The notes: generated by a model from the sequence alone, not told the origin. Counted from the stretch's first letter, positions 26,596 through 37,096 are shown. The stretch is DNA of 64,000 bases from Candidatus Hopanoidivoransaceae bacterium (GCA_965204495.1 OZ241989.1:1641214-1705213); one strand, 5' to 3'. Made by a program: numbers and translations.

Positions 26596-26657
26596 TACCC
26601 TGTTTGCTTGCTGAACCTACCCTGTTTTCTTTGCTCAACCGCAGGGCAACGGGGCAT

Positions 26658-27551
26658 TTAGTGATGGCGGACATCTGAGCGGTGTAGCAGTCGGTTGCCT
26701 ATGTAGTTGACCGAGAGCAGGGTCAGGAAGATCACTAGAGCGGGGAAGATCGTGAGGTGGGGGGCGCTTTCCAGTTTGCTGCTGCCAGCTGCCAAGATGC
26801 CGCCCCAGGTGATATCGGGGGCGGGCACGCTCTTGCCGATGAAACTCAGCGCGCCTTCGGCGATGATGATGATGGCAAAAGCCAGAAAAGCAAACGACAT
26901 CATCACAGGCAAAATATTGGGCAAGATTTCTCTGAAGATGATGCGGACGCGGCGAGCCCCCATGCCTTTGGCTGCCGTTACGAACTCGCGGTCGGCGAAG
27001 CGGATGGTCTGCGCTCTCGCCACGCGAGCGATTGCCGGAGTGGCGAGAATGGACACTGCGATGATCACATTGCGAAGATTCTGCTCCAGCACTGTGACTA
27101 TGAGCAAGGCAAACATGAGAGCAGGCAGAGAAAGCATGACATTTATGGTGCCGCCGATGATGTCGTCTGTCCAGCCTTTGAAATAGCCGGAGAAGAGACC
27201 TAGCAAGCCTCCCACTATCGTTCCGAAGGCAGTAGAAGCCAGAGCGATGAGCAGCGACAGGCGGCTGCCCCAAACCACCCTTGAGAACATGTCGCGCCCC
27301 AGTTCGTCTGTGCCGAAGAGCGCAGACCAGCCAGGGCCCAGGTTGACATTGCGCGAGAATCCTTTCGGATCAGGCAGGAATCCCATGAACGGCGCGAACA
27401 GCGCGAAGATGACGACCGCCGCCAGCCATCCCGCAGCCAGAACCAATCCGATTTGGAAGACTCTGCGGGGCACCGCTTGCTTAGCCTCTTTTTCGCCCCT
27501 TCGCATGATGGGACTAAGGTCTGCTCTGGAGACGGAAGACGGGGAGGTCAT
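26658..27551 (-). CDS. ABC transporter permease (DppC/OppC-like)
   Basis: 297-aa polytopic ORF. It overlaps the upstream permease by 4 nt, and peptide/nickel-type permease architecture is seen. Confidence 0.8.
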   Translation of the reverse strand: MTSPSSVSRADLSPIMRRGEKEAKQAVPRRVFQIGLVLAAGWLAAVVIFALFAPFMGFLPDPKGFSRNVNLGPGWSALFGTDELGRDMFSRVVWGSRLSLLIALASTAFGTIVGGLLGLFSGYFKGWTDDIIGGTINVMLSLPALMFALLIVTVLEQNLRNVIIAVSILATPAIARVARAQTIRFADREFVTAAKGMGARRVRIIFREILPNILPVMMSFAFLAFAIIIIAEGALSFIGKSVPAPDITWGGILAAGSSKLESAPHLTIFPALVIFLTLLSVNYIGNRLLHRSDVRHH

Positions 27552-28510
27552 CGGGCGCGCACTCTCGGATCCAGAGCGGGATAGATCGTATCCACCAAAG
27601 TGTTCAGCAGCACGAAGGCTGTCGCAATGACGGCGCAGATAGATTGAACTATCAAAAAGTCCTGGGCGTAGACAGAGGCGATCAGGAACGAACCGATCCC
27701 GTCCACATCAAAGAGGAACTCCACGATAATCGTGGAATTTATGAGCTGCGCCGCGTTGATGCCTGCGATCGTAACCAAGGTGAAGCTGGAAGGTCTCAGC
27801 ACATGTCTGAAAAGCAGCCGCCTGACGGGCATCCCTTTGGCTCTCACAAAAGCCGCGTAGTTCTCGTCCAAGTTCTGAGACATGTCGTCTCGCAGCAGAC
27901 GCACATATACGGGCAAAGCCCCGGCTGCCAAGGTAATTGCCGGCAACGCCAGCGATTTCCAGTGTTCAATCACGCTTTCGGTCGGCCCGACATACCCCCC
28001 CAGAGGGAACCAGTCAAAGCGGACGCTGAAGAGCAGTGCCAATATCACTCCCAGCACATAGGCAGGAACGGATAGCAGCCCGAACGAGGTGCTGGAGACG
28101 AGCGAATCAAACCACGAGCCACGCCGATAAGCCGCCAACATGCCGAGCGGAACCGACACCAGCAAAGTGAGCAGCATCGTGTATAAGACCAGCCACAGCG
28201 TGGCGGGCAGCTTCTGGGCGAGGCTGGTGGAGACATCGATTCTGTTGATATACGACTCGCCGAAGTAGCCGGTCAGAGCGTCGCCCAGCCAGCTGGCGTA
28301 GCGCACGAACAGATTGTCGCCGAAGTTGTTGTCAGATCTGCACTCTGCCAGCAATTCTTCTGTGGCCCCTGCGCCGAGCGTCACCTCGCAGGGGTCGCCT
28401 GGCACTAGATTCAGCAGCCAGTAGGTTATGAATGTAACGATGAGCACAACGGCCACAAGCCATACGAGCCTGCGGCCGATGTGGCGAGCCAAGAACGATG
28501 TAGATGACAC
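27548..28510 (-). CDS. ABC transporter permease (DppB/OppB-like)
   Basis: 320-aa polytopic ORF with the typical N-terminus RRLVWLVAVVLIVTFITYWLLNLVPGDP. Confidence 0.8.
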   Translation of the reverse strand: MSSTSFLARHIGRRLVWLVAVVLIVTFITYWLLNLVPGDPCEVTLGAGATEELLAECRSDNNFGDNLFVRYASWLGDALTGYFGESYINRIDVSTSLAQKLPATLWLVLYTMLLTLLVSVPLGMLAAYRRGSWFDSLVSSTSFGLLSVPAYVLGVILALLFSVRFDWFPLGGYVGPTESVIEHWKSLALPAITLAAGALPVYVRLLRDDMSQNLDENYAAFVRAKGMPVRRLLFRHVLRPSSFTLVTIAGINAAQLINSTIIVEFLFDVDGIGSFLIASVYAQDFLIVQSICAVIATAFVLLNTLVDTIYPALDPRVRAR

Positions 28511-28613
28511 GATCTCAGCAGAGTCTTTTCAAATTTGCTGGGGCTGTCGTATAGGCAGCAAAACAAAGGATCGCGTGACTGCCTGGGAGATGTCTGCCTG
28601 GGAGGTGCCCGGT

Positions 28614-30404
28614 TTATTCTTCCAGCCAGGTCTCTGTGAAATAGGCTTTCCCAGCGAAGAGCGGCAAGACTCGGCTGCCGTCCGGGAAAGTCAGGTAGGC
28701 GGCATTTTGCACAGAATTGGCGTGGATCATCTGCCAGATCGTCCAGTTGAGCCAGATGTTGTGAGTTTGTTCGCCGAATTGGCGGTTGATGTTTTCGGCT
28801 ATCTCTCTCAGTTCGTCCAAGTCGTCAGTCCCACGGGCTTCGTCCATCAGATTGTCCATGATGTCGTTGCGAATGCGGCCGAAATTCACAGCCAATCCTA
28901 CGGAGTTGTCGCTGTGCCACCAGATGCGCTCGCCTTCCACATGCTGGCCCGTGTGCTGACGCCATATCATCAGCTGGAAGCTGCCAGCTATGGCGTTGCT
29001 GATCAGCTGGCTTTGGTCTACTTGATCGATTTCCACATCAATGCCGCATTCTCCCCACATAGAGGCCAAAAGCTCTGCGCTAGTGCGGTTGAAGGGAACA
29101 TTGGTGGTAGACAGGCCAATTGTGCCTGGGTCGTCCAACTCGTTCCAAAGGGCGCGTCCTGCATCCTGATCGAAAGAGGGATAGCCGGTGTCTTCCAGAT
29201 ATCCGGGAGTTCCGGGACTGAACGGGCCATTCGCAGCAGGAACCACATTGTCTGTTCTCAGTGTCACATAAAGATCCAAATCGGTGCACATGGCGACTGC
29301 TTGGCGAGCCCTTATGTCGTCAAACGGCGGACGCTCGTTGTTGACGAGGATGTAGACGGTCTCTCTGAGTTTGTCTTCTTCCGCTACGACTCCGAAGTCG
29401 TCAGAATCTCTGAAGCTGGGATATTCATTTGCGGTGTTGTCGCTGTTTACATGCAGATCGCCAGACCGCAGGGACAGTCGCCGCGCATCCGAGTTGGGAT
29501 TGGGACGGAAGCGTATCTCGTCAAGATAGGGAAGCTGATTGCCCTGCTGGTCGGTTCGCCAGTAGTCGGGGTTCTTTTGCACCACCAACTCGTCATTGGT
29601 AACCCAAGATTCAAACACGAAAGGCCCGGTGCCAATCGGCATCTGGGCCGAGTCTGCGCCTAAATCGTATTGGGAGGGGGCAGCTAGGTAGCTGATTTGG
29701 GCTGAGAAGATCGAGGGGAATCCCGATACCGGGGCAGTCAAGCTGATCCGGACGCTGAGATCGTCAACGATTTCTATGGTCTCCTCGGGGTTTCCCAAGA
29801 GGGGGCGCATGATTATTCCAGTGAGCAGCCCTCCCACAGATTCAGCAATGTGACGCTTGAGGGCAGCCGAATCAGCTGGGGAGCCATCGTGGAAGAAGAT
29901 GTTCGGGCGCATCGTGAAAGTCCACACTGAGAAGTCGTCGTTGGGAGTGGCGGATTCCAGAAGATACGGCTTCATGTTGCCGTCAGTGTCTACTGCAAAG
30001 AGCGGATCAAAGATGGCGCTCATGACATAGTGGCAGGACACGGCGCAAGTCTGTGTGGCAGGGTTCCAGCCCGAAACGGTCTCGGCTTCCAGTCCGACTA
30101 CCAAACTGCCGCCGTAGACGGGTTGCGGCGCAGGTGGCTCTGTGGTCGGGGGAGCGGTTTCTTCGGGTTCTGTGCCGGTTGCATCAGTGCCGGCTGGTTC
30201 GGTGCCGGCTGGTTCTTGAGCGTCGGCTTGGGTGGTTGGGGTGGCAGCTGCTGTGGTGTCCGGAGTGCCTTCGTCGTCATCGTCGGAGCCGCAGGCTGAG
30301 GCTATGAGGGCGAGAGCCACCAAGACAGCTGGCAGTGCCAACTTGAGCTTCTTGGCGAGAGGCGAGTGTCTTTTTGATGTTGCCGATGCTGATCTTGATG
30401 TCAT
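28614..30404 (-). CDS. ABC transporter substrate-binding lipoprotein, family 5 (peptide/nickel type)
   Basis: 596-aa ORF with lipobox LIASACGS, then an acidic/Thr-Pro linker and an SBP_bac_5-like body (GGSLVVGLEAE...). Confidence 0.75.
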   Translation of the reverse strand: MTSRSASATSKRHSPLAKKLKLALPAVLVALALIASACGSDDDDEGTPDTTAAATPTTQADAQEPAGTEPAGTDATGTEPEETAPPTTEPPAPQPVYGGSLVVGLEAETVSGWNPATQTCAVSCHYVMSAIFDPLFAVDTDGNMKPYLLESATPNDDFSVWTFTMRPNIFFHDGSPADSAALKRHIAESVGGLLTGIIMRPLLGNPEETIEIVDDLSVRISLTAPVSGFPSIFSAQISYLAAPSQYDLGADSAQMPIGTGPFVFESWVTNDELVVQKNPDYWRTDQQGNQLPYLDEIRFRPNPNSDARRLSLRSGDLHVNSDNTANEYPSFRDSDDFGVVAEEDKLRETVYILVNNERPPFDDIRARQAVAMCTDLDLYVTLRTDNVVPAANGPFSPGTPGYLEDTGYPSFDQDAGRALWNELDDPGTIGLSTTNVPFNRTSAELLASMWGECGIDVEIDQVDQSQLISNAIAGSFQLMIWRQHTGQHVEGERIWWHSDNSVGLAVNFGRIRNDIMDNLMDEARGTDDLDELREIAENINRQFGEQTHNIWLNWTIWQMIHANSVQNAAYLTFPDGSRVLPLFAGKAYFTETWLEE

Positions 30405-30531
30405 GGTGATCTCCGTTCTTTGATTGCCTACATTGTGTCAGGGTTCCTATATTTTGTCAGTGCTCGTCTAAGTGCTTAGTGGCGAAAATATTTGCGGCAG
30501 CAATAGCTGCGACCGAGGCAGAAGCGACAAC

Positions 30532-31737
30532 TCAATCCGTCTCAAGTTCTCGCATCTCTGGGCCGATTTCTTCTGCTATGGGTTTCAGGGCTTCTAAGTC
30601 GAATTTGTAGACTTCAGCTGCCGTTCCGCCCACGATCATCTCCACTTCTTCAGTGGGGACATGGCCTAGCGACTCTCTCAAAGATTCGGCGGTGTGGGGC
30701 CAAGTGCCTTCCATGTGGGGGTAGTCGGAGCCCCACATGAGCTTGTCCACCCCGATCTGGTAGCGGGCATCGCTGTCGGAGGGGCGCAGAAAGGAAGCAC
30801 CCACATAGCACTGACGCTGGTAGTATTCGCTGGGCTTGAGGGGCAGGGTGCGGCGAAGCTGGCTGAACATCGGAAGTTCATAGTGGTAATCCAGCTTCTG
30901 GAGAGTCGGGGGTATCCATGTGGAGCCTTGCTCGGTCATCACGAACTTGAGGTCGGGGTGCCGCTCAAACACGCCCGACCAGATGAGCATCCAAAGCGGG
31001 CGATGCGCTCTCAGCGGCACTTCGTAGAGGAAAATCCCCAGCGAGCCCGGGTGATTGCCGAAGTTGGGCGTCCAGCCAGAGTGGGTATGGACAGGCATCT
31101 GCAGGTCTTCGCAGATGTCCCAAAGGGGTTCGTAATACGGGCTGTTGTAGTGGGGCAGGTCGTTGAGCACATTGTCGCCCACGCCTGTCGGCAGCAGAAT
31201 TCCGCCGAAGAGACCCATTTCGTGGATGGCTTTGACTTCGCTCACCGTTACATCCATGTCGTCCACGGTTATGAGGCCGATGCCGGCCCTGCGCCCCGGA
31301 GTGAGCGAGCAGAAGTCGGCTAGCCAGCGGTTGTATGTTCGGCAGCCTGCCAGCCAAACCGCAGGGTCTTCTTCGTATTGATAGGTCATCAGCCCTGCGT
31401 TGAAGGGGGAGACAGTGTCGCCGCCTCCGCCTGGGAAGATGACTTCCGCCACCACTCCGTCGGCGTCTTGTTCTTTCAGGCGGCGCTCGGAATCAAAAGC
31501 CCCGTCCCGTCCGCCCTCGGCGACTTCTTCCAGGCTTTCAAATTCCTCCAAGGCTTCTTCGCCGTAGACGGCCTGGCCGGTGTGGTTCGCCCTGCGCTGC
31601 TGCTGCGTCTCTGTGTCGCTCACCCAGTCGTCGTAGAGGCTGCGCATGTCTGGGTCGACATATTCCCGGTAGTCTTCGGCCAAGCCGCCGGCGTGTGAGT
31701 CGGCCGAGATGATGAGGTATCTGGAGTTTGCTTGCAT
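30532..31737 (-). CDS. Amidohydrolase-2 (ACMSD/LigW-like metal-dependent hydrolase/decarboxylase) family protein
   Basis: 401-aa ORF with N-terminal IISADSHAG and C-terminal KLMWGSDYPHMEGTWP patterns. Confidence 0.7.
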   Translation of the reverse strand: MQANSRYLIISADSHAGGLAEDYREYVDPDMRSLYDDWVSDTETQQQRRANHTGQAVYGEEALEEFESLEEVAEGGRDGAFDSERRLKEQDADGVVAEVIFPGGGGDTVSPFNAGLMTYQYEEDPAVWLAGCRTYNRWLADFCSLTPGRRAGIGLITVDDMDVTVSEVKAIHEMGLFGGILLPTGVGDNVLNDLPHYNSPYYEPLWDICEDLQMPVHTHSGWTPNFGNHPGSLGIFLYEVPLRAHRPLWMLIWSGVFERHPDLKFVMTEQGSTWIPPTLQKLDYHYELPMFSQLRRTLPLKPSEYYQRQCYVGASFLRPSDSDARYQIGVDKLMWGSDYPHMEGTWPHTAESLRESLGHVPTEEVEMIVGGTAAEVYKFDLEALKPIAEEIGPEMRELETD

Positions 31738-31778
31738 GTCGGATTTGCCTTTCGGATTTTTTCGGGCTTGTGGCCTTT

Positions 31779-33068
31779 CTACAGCGACACCATCGCTTCG
31801 GCTGGGTCGGAGTTCGTCTCCCAGAAACGGCCCACCTGCCTAGCGGCATCCCATTTGTGAAGGCTCTGGGAATCGTCTTGGCCTAGGTCGCTGGGCGTAG
31901 GGCCTATGCGTTCAACGGTGGGGGCGAGGGCATCAAGATCAAAGTTGTAGACCTCGGCTGCCACGCCTCCCAGCATCTGGGCAGTCTCGTCAATGGGGAT
32001 GTCGTGGAAGTTCTCGCGCAAGTACTCTGCGGTGTGAGGCCATGTGCCTTCGGGGTGGGGGAAGTCGTTGCCCCACATTATGTTGTGAATGCCGATGGCG
32101 TATCGTCTGGCGATTTCTACGCGCTTGGTGGTGGATGCTCCCAAGTAGCAGTTTTCGTCAAAATACTCCACAGGGCTGCGTGAAACCGCGGAACCCAGCT
32201 GCTTGGCGATCTTGGCTGCACCGCCCACAGACTGGTATTGGTTGTGCATCTGCCAAAGCATGTCGGGCACCCAGAAGGCGCCGCTCTCGGTCACCACGAA
32301 CTTGAGATCGGGGTGTCGTTCAAAAACTCCGCCCCAGAGCATGAACCGCAGCGGCCGATACGCCCACAGGATGACTTCGCTCACATAGATGCCCATGTTG
32401 TCCAGATATTCGTGGCGGGGGGCCGGGCCTGAATGCACATGCACTGGCATATTCAAGGCAGCGCAGCGTTCCCACACGATGTCGTATTTGGGATGGTGAT
32501 ACGGCTCGTAATCCACCCACATGGTGGGGATGGCTATGCCGCCGCGCAAGCCCATCTCGTGGGCTTCTTCCACCATCTTGGCTGCCCGATCCACATCGAA
32601 CACCATCGGCACGAGGGCCACTCCCGCTCGGCGCAGGGGGCTGTCGGCGCAAAGCTCGGCCAGCCAGCGGTTGTGTGCCTCTGCTCCAGCGAAAGCTAGG
32701 TCGCCTTCCAGCTCGCCGGTAGCCCCGATGCCTGCCCCGAACGGCGGGCAGGTCGTGCCCGAGATGGAGTCGGAGTCGGGGAACATGATTTCTCCCACGA
32801 CGCCGTCATTGTCCAGCTCTTTGTCGCGGGTAGCTGCATCCCAGCCGCCTGAGTAGCCCTCTTGAGAAGTCCACTCTTCTTCGTACTCCTCGTAGCTCAT
32901 GCCGGCTTCGGCTCGGGCTGCCAGCGCGGCTTTGCGCTGGGCGAGGAAGTCGTCCAAAGCTGCGTGATATTTGGAGTCCAGATAGGGCCGATACTGCTCG
33001 GTCGGAAGCCCAGCATGGCAGTCGGCCGAGATGATGGCGTAGTGATTGTTGTTCTGCGAGTCAGTCAT
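31779..33068 (-). CDS. Amidohydrolase-2 family protein (paralog of 30532-31737)
   Basis: 429-aa ORF with AIISADCHAG and NIMWGNDFPHPEGTWP. It is clearly homologous to the neighbour. Confidence 0.7.
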   Translation of the reverse strand: MTDSQNNNHYAIISADCHAGLPTEQYRPYLDSKYHAALDDFLAQRKAALAARAEAGMSYEEYEEEWTSQEGYSGGWDAATRDKELDNDGVVGEIMFPDSDSISGTTCPPFGAGIGATGELEGDLAFAGAEAHNRWLAELCADSPLRRAGVALVPMVFDVDRAAKMVEEAHEMGLRGGIAIPTMWVDYEPYHHPKYDIVWERCAALNMPVHVHSGPAPRHEYLDNMGIYVSEVILWAYRPLRFMLWGGVFERHPDLKFVVTESGAFWVPDMLWQMHNQYQSVGGAAKIAKQLGSAVSRSPVEYFDENCYLGASTTKRVEIARRYAIGIHNIMWGNDFPHPEGTWPHTAEYLRENFHDIPIDETAQMLGGVAAEVYNFDLDALAPTVERIGPTPSDLGQDDSQSLHKWDAARQVGRFWETNSDPAEAMVSL

Positions 33069-33157
33069 TTTTTTACTTCTCTCCTTGTATTTCCTGTATT
33101 TGAAACCGTATTTTGCACGAATTTCAAGCTCTTGTTCTGCCCTTTGCCTTGCCCCTT

Positions 33158-34090
33158 CTACTCCGCAGACGGCGCAGAAACCGCAGGCCTGGCAACTGGG
33201 GGCCTGGCAACCGGGGGCTTCCAGTCGCCGAAGTAGTCGGGGTTGCTTCTGGCCAGCATGGATTGGCTGCGGAGTTTGATCATGCTGTCGGATTTTTCGC
33301 TGTCTGCCAGCATCCAGAACTGCTGAGTTCTGATGCCATCCACAACTCTCACAGCTACTTCCTCCAAAGGCGTGGTCTCAAAAGGCTGGCCGGAGTCTTT
33401 GAACATCTTTTCCAAGTCTTCAAATGTCGTCCATTGGGTGCGAGGGTTGGCTTGCGCCAGATCTTCTGGTCGGTTGCGATGAGACGACCAGATATTGGTG
33501 TTCAGCCAGTTGGGGCCGGGATACAGCACAGAGGCTCGCACATTCTCGCTGGCTTGGATGAGCTGGGCTTGCAGGCATTCGGTGATGAGCGTCACCGCCC
33601 CTTTGCTGGCTGCATAAATGGGAGTCCCCGGCAGGGGAGAGAGGCCGCCGTTGCCGGAAGATGTGTTCACGATGTGCCCGCCCTCGCCGTGGCTCAGGAT
33701 TTCAGGCACGAAAGCGTTGATGCCATGCACCACCCCCATCACATTCACGCCCATCGCCCAGATCCAATCGTTGAGGTCGTGCTCCCACATCCAGCCTTGC
33801 GAGCCAGAGCCCACGCCGGCGTTGTTGCAGACCACATGCACCTTGCCGAAGCGATCCAAGGTGGCATCTCGCAAGGCAGCCACATCATCCCACTTGCGCA
33901 CATCGCAGAGCACGCCGTCAACATCAGATGCCACCTCTTCCAGCGCCACAAGGGCATCCTTCAAGGCAGCCTCTTCCACATCAGCCAGCATCACCGACAT
34001 GCCTTCGGCCAAGAACCGCTCAGCCATGGCGTAGCCGATGCCAGACGCCCCCCCAGTCACAACTGCGACTCTGCCAGCTAGCTCTTCCAT
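33158..34090 (-). CDS. Short-chain dehydrogenase/reductase (SDR)
   Basis: 310-aa ORF with VAVVTGGASGIGYA, NNAG and YAASK motifs. Confidence 0.85.
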   Translation of the reverse strand: MEELAGRVAVVTGGASGIGYAMAERFLAEGMSVMLADVEEAALKDALVALEEVASDVDGVLCDVRKWDDVAALRDATLDRFGKVHVVCNNAGVGSGSQGWMWEHDLNDWIWAMGVNVMGVVHGINAFVPEILSHGEGGHIVNTSSGNGGLSPLPGTPIYAASKGAVTLITECLQAQLIQASENVRASVLYPGPNWLNTNIWSSHRNRPEDLAQANPRTQWTTFEDLEKMFKDSGQPFETTPLEEVAVRVVDGIRTQQFWMLADSEKSDSMIKLRSQSMLARSNPDYFGDWKPPVARPPVARPAVSAPSAE

Positions 34091-34131
34091 GGCTCTGCGG
34101 TGCTTCTGCTCTAAGGCTTCGGGTTAGGCCG

Positions 34132-34899
34132 CTAAATCTTGCGGGTGAAGTTGTCGTAGCGTTGGTGCACGAACGGGATGATCCATTCGCTGGGCACACG
34201 GCTCACGATTTCGCCGCGCTGGAAAGTCTGCCTCTCGCTGGTGGTGATGGCCACCATGCGGCGAACTGGCAGGTCGGCTACCGGGTCTAGCGGGGAATCC
34301 CGAAGGATGAGCTCGCCATCCACCGACTCGTTGGAGCGCAAGGTGGCTTCCTTGTGGCAATACACCAAAGCCGGCTCGTCTGTGAAGCCCTTGCCGTCGG
34401 GCGAGAGCAGGAACTGGAAGTAGAAGTCCAGCTTCTTCTCGGGGCCGGCAGGCAGCGTGCCTGTGACCTTGCCGTTGATTTCAAAGATGGTGACTCCGCC
34501 TCTGGTTACGGAACCAGAGATGTCATCGCCGTCGCGATTCACGGTGATGTCGGCCATTTTCTTGGGTTCGCCGTACATCTCACGGCCGCCGATCACTGCC
34601 CTCTCGCTCGCCATAGGCATCAAAAGGGCATAGGCTCCGTCGGTGCCTTCGTGTCGGGCATTCACGCCGAACCAGCCTGCGCCGAACTCCAAGTCGCCCA
34701 TTTTTACCGAGCTGATAGAGGCTCGCACAAGTGGCTCTGCGCCAGGCTCCAAGGGTTTCGGCAGAATGGCGGCGATGAGGTCTGGGTCGGTCTCATAAAC
34801 CGCCGCGACTGATTGCGACCAAGCTTGTGCCGTCTCGGTCCTGGCAGGTTCTTGCTCGGCGAGGTCATCCACACGAGCTGCGTAACGAATAGTTGTCAT
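34132..34899 (-). CDS. Acetoacetate decarboxylase (ADC) family protein
   Basis: 255-aa ORF. The motif ERAVIGGREMYGEPKKMA matches the ADC-family GRE.wG.PKK pattern. Confidence 0.6.
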   Translation of the reverse strand: MTTIRYAARVDDLAEQEPARTETAQAWSQSVAAVYETDPDLIAAILPKPLEPGAEPLVRASISSVKMGDLEFGAGWFGVNARHEGTDGAYALLMPMASERAVIGGREMYGEPKKMADITVNRDGDDISGSVTRGGVTIFEINGKVTGTLPAGPEKKLDFYFQFLLSPDGKGFTDEPALVYCHKEATLRSNESVDGELILRDSPLDPVADLPVRRMVAITTSERQTFQRGEIVSRVPSEWIIPFVHQRYDNFTRKI

Positions 34900-35129
34900 G
34901 GTTTTTCTCCCTTTTTGTGGCTCTGATTTATATAAAGGTATCTTTCAGGGCTTGCTCAGCCAAGCCAGTCGGCTCAGCATCCTTGATTATAGTGCATACG
35001 CTTGGCGCGTGTCATCAGAAGTTGCGCTTTCTCTTAATTCTTTGGCTCTCAATTCTCTGCTCTCGGCTGCTTTGCCTCTGTTCTTGTCAGTTTCAGATTT
35101 CAATCCTCGGTATCTGCCTCCTTTCGCAT

Positions 35130-36500
35130 CTATGTTTCAGTATTCTCAACCAGAGCAATGGCAGGCGGCGCAATATCCAGATTGTCAGCATCCAACCCGC
35201 CAGCCTCTAGTTCGCCGACCTCTAGCTTGCCAGCCTCCAGTTCGCCGATCTCCAGCTTCCCCCTAGTCAGAAGCTCATCAGGCAGCGACTCCGCAAGCGA
35301 CTTCTTCGCTTCCACGCCAAGCTCTTCAAAATCGGCGGCCTTCTTCATCAGGTTGCCTCTCCCAGAGTGAAGCCGCTTCATGGCTGTATCGTAAGACTCT
35401 TGGGTTCTGCCGAGCCTTTCGCCCACTTCTCTCATAGCTTCCACCACTAGGCGAATTTGGTCGAGCAGCCCGTTGGCAGTCTCAACGATTTTCAAGGTGT
35501 TCTGCCCTTGTGCAGCAATCCGCCAGAGCTGTGCCACAATCAGCAAAGACGGCAAAAGCGTGGTGGGGGAGACGATGTAGACTTTCCGCTCCATGGCCGC
35601 TCCGAGCAGCTTCTCATTGTGTTGCAGAGCTGCCTGCAAAGCCGGCTCGCTGGGCACGAACAGAAACACGAATTCAGGCGAGTTCAACTCGGGAATTTTG
35701 CTGTAGTCTCGCTCGGCGAGTTCGTTCACGCGGTCTTCCACTGCTTTGGCGTGCTCGTCCAATGCTGCTGTCGCTTCTTCTTCGGTTTCAGCCTCAACGC
35801 AGCGAACAAAGGCTGTCAGGGAAGTCTTGGCGTCAATTATCAAATGCTTGCCCTCTGGCAGATGCACCACTGCGTCGGGCCGCAGCAGATTGCCTTCGCT
35901 GCCTCTGTACGACCTTTGCGTGTCGTATTCTTTGCCCTTCGTCAAGCCTGAAGCTTCCAGCACTCGTTCTAGCTGCAGCTCTCCCCATACCCCTTGAGTC
36001 CTATGCTCGCCACGAAGGGCTGTGGTCAGCGCGCTGGCGTCTTCAGAAAGCTGGCTGTTCTGTTCCATCAAGAGTTTGATAGTCGTTTCCATCTGGGCCT
36101 GCTGCTTGGTGTCTTGCGTGTGGATGCTCTCCACTTTCTCGCGAAACTCCTTTATCTGCGTCTTCATCGGGGCAAGCAAGGTGTTGATGCTCTCCGAGCT
36201 GGTCTCTTTGAAGCTCTTGGCTTTATCCTCCAAAATCTTGTTGGCCAGGTTCTCAAACTCCGTAGCCATCAATGCCTGATTCTGCTGCGCCGCCGCCTGA
36301 GCAGCCTTGATCTCAGCATTCTCCAGCAACAATGCCGTGCGCTCTTCGCGCAGCGCATCCCGCTCCCCCCGCAGGCTTTCGCCTTCAGCCTTAGCAGCCC
36401 CTAGCTCCCCCGCAAACTCCCTCGTCGTCATCCGCCTGACGGCTGCCCACACGACAACCCCCACAACCAACCCCACCACTATGGCAATAACTGCTGTCAT
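35130..36500 (-). CDS. rmuC: DNA recombination protein RmuC
   Basis: 456-aa ORF with an N-terminal TM, a long coiled coil and the nuclease-like core LRPDAVVHLPEGKHLIIDAKTSLTAF. A C-terminal 30-bp tandem repeat encodes GKLE(I/V)GELEA. Confidence 0.8.
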   Translation of the reverse strand: MTAVIAIVVGLVVGVVVWAAVRRMTTREFAGELGAAKAEGESLRGERDALREERTALLLENAEIKAAQAAAQQNQALMATEFENLANKILEDKAKSFKETSSESINTLLAPMKTQIKEFREKVESIHTQDTKQQAQMETTIKLLMEQNSQLSEDASALTTALRGEHRTQGVWGELQLERVLEASGLTKGKEYDTQRSYRGSEGNLLRPDAVVHLPEGKHLIIDAKTSLTAFVRCVEAETEEEATAALDEHAKAVEDRVNELAERDYSKIPELNSPEFVFLFVPSEPALQAALQHNEKLLGAAMERKVYIVSPTTLLPSLLIVAQLWRIAAQGQNTLKIVETANGLLDQIRLVVEAMREVGERLGRTQESYDTAMKRLHSGRGNLMKKAADFEELGVEAKKSLAESLPDELLTRGKLEIGELEAGKLEVGELEAGGLDADNLDIAPPAIALVENTET

Positions 36501-36610
36501 ATCTTTTGCTCCCTTCCGTAAGAACTAATTCCAACATACCGAAGGGTATGACACGCATCCGTTTAGACCCCCTATTTGTCATGCAAGCAAGCCCAAAAGG
36601 GCAAGCAGGC

Positions 36611-37096
36611 TCACTCGCCTTCGGAGAACATTTGTTGGGCTCGGCGGTGGAGTTCTTGGGGGGAGACATCTTCTGTGTGCATGGAGATCGTCCAGTGGTG
36701 GCCGAAGGGGTCTTTCAGTTGGCCGGAGCGTTTGCCGTAGAATTGATCTACCACCGCCTGCAGTTCTTCTGCGCCGTGCGCTAGGGCTTGCTGGAAGACG
36801 GCGTCTGCGTCTTCTACTTCTATGACTATCTGTATCGGGCTGCCGCCTAGGGTTTCGGGGCTGAGGGCGCCCATTTCTGGGAACTCGTCAGACAGCATGA
36901 TGCGGCCCTTGCCGATGGCGAGTTCCACATGGCCGATCTGCCCGTCGGGGGTTTCGATTCTTATGTCGGTTTCTTCAGCTCCGAAAGCGTTCACATAGAA
37001 CTCCACGGCCGCAGCAGCGTTCTTGCAGCACAGATAAGGCGTGATGGGCTGGATTTCGGTCATCTTGTAGGTGCCGGTCTGGTTCATAGCTATCAT
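36611..37096 (-). CDS. VOC/glyoxalase-fold protein (PhnB-like)
   Basis: 161-aa ORF with the pattern PYLCCKNAAAAVEFYVNAFGAEE...HVELAIGKGRIMLSDEFPE. Confidence 0.7.
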   Translation of the reverse strand: MIAMNQTGTYKMTEIQPITPYLCCKNAAAAVEFYVNAFGAEETDIRIETPDGQIGHVELAIGKGRIMLSDEFPEMGALSPETLGGSPIQIVIEVEDADAVFQQALAHGAEELQAVVDQFYGKRSGQLKDPFGHHWTISMHTEDVSPQELHRRAQQMFSEGE

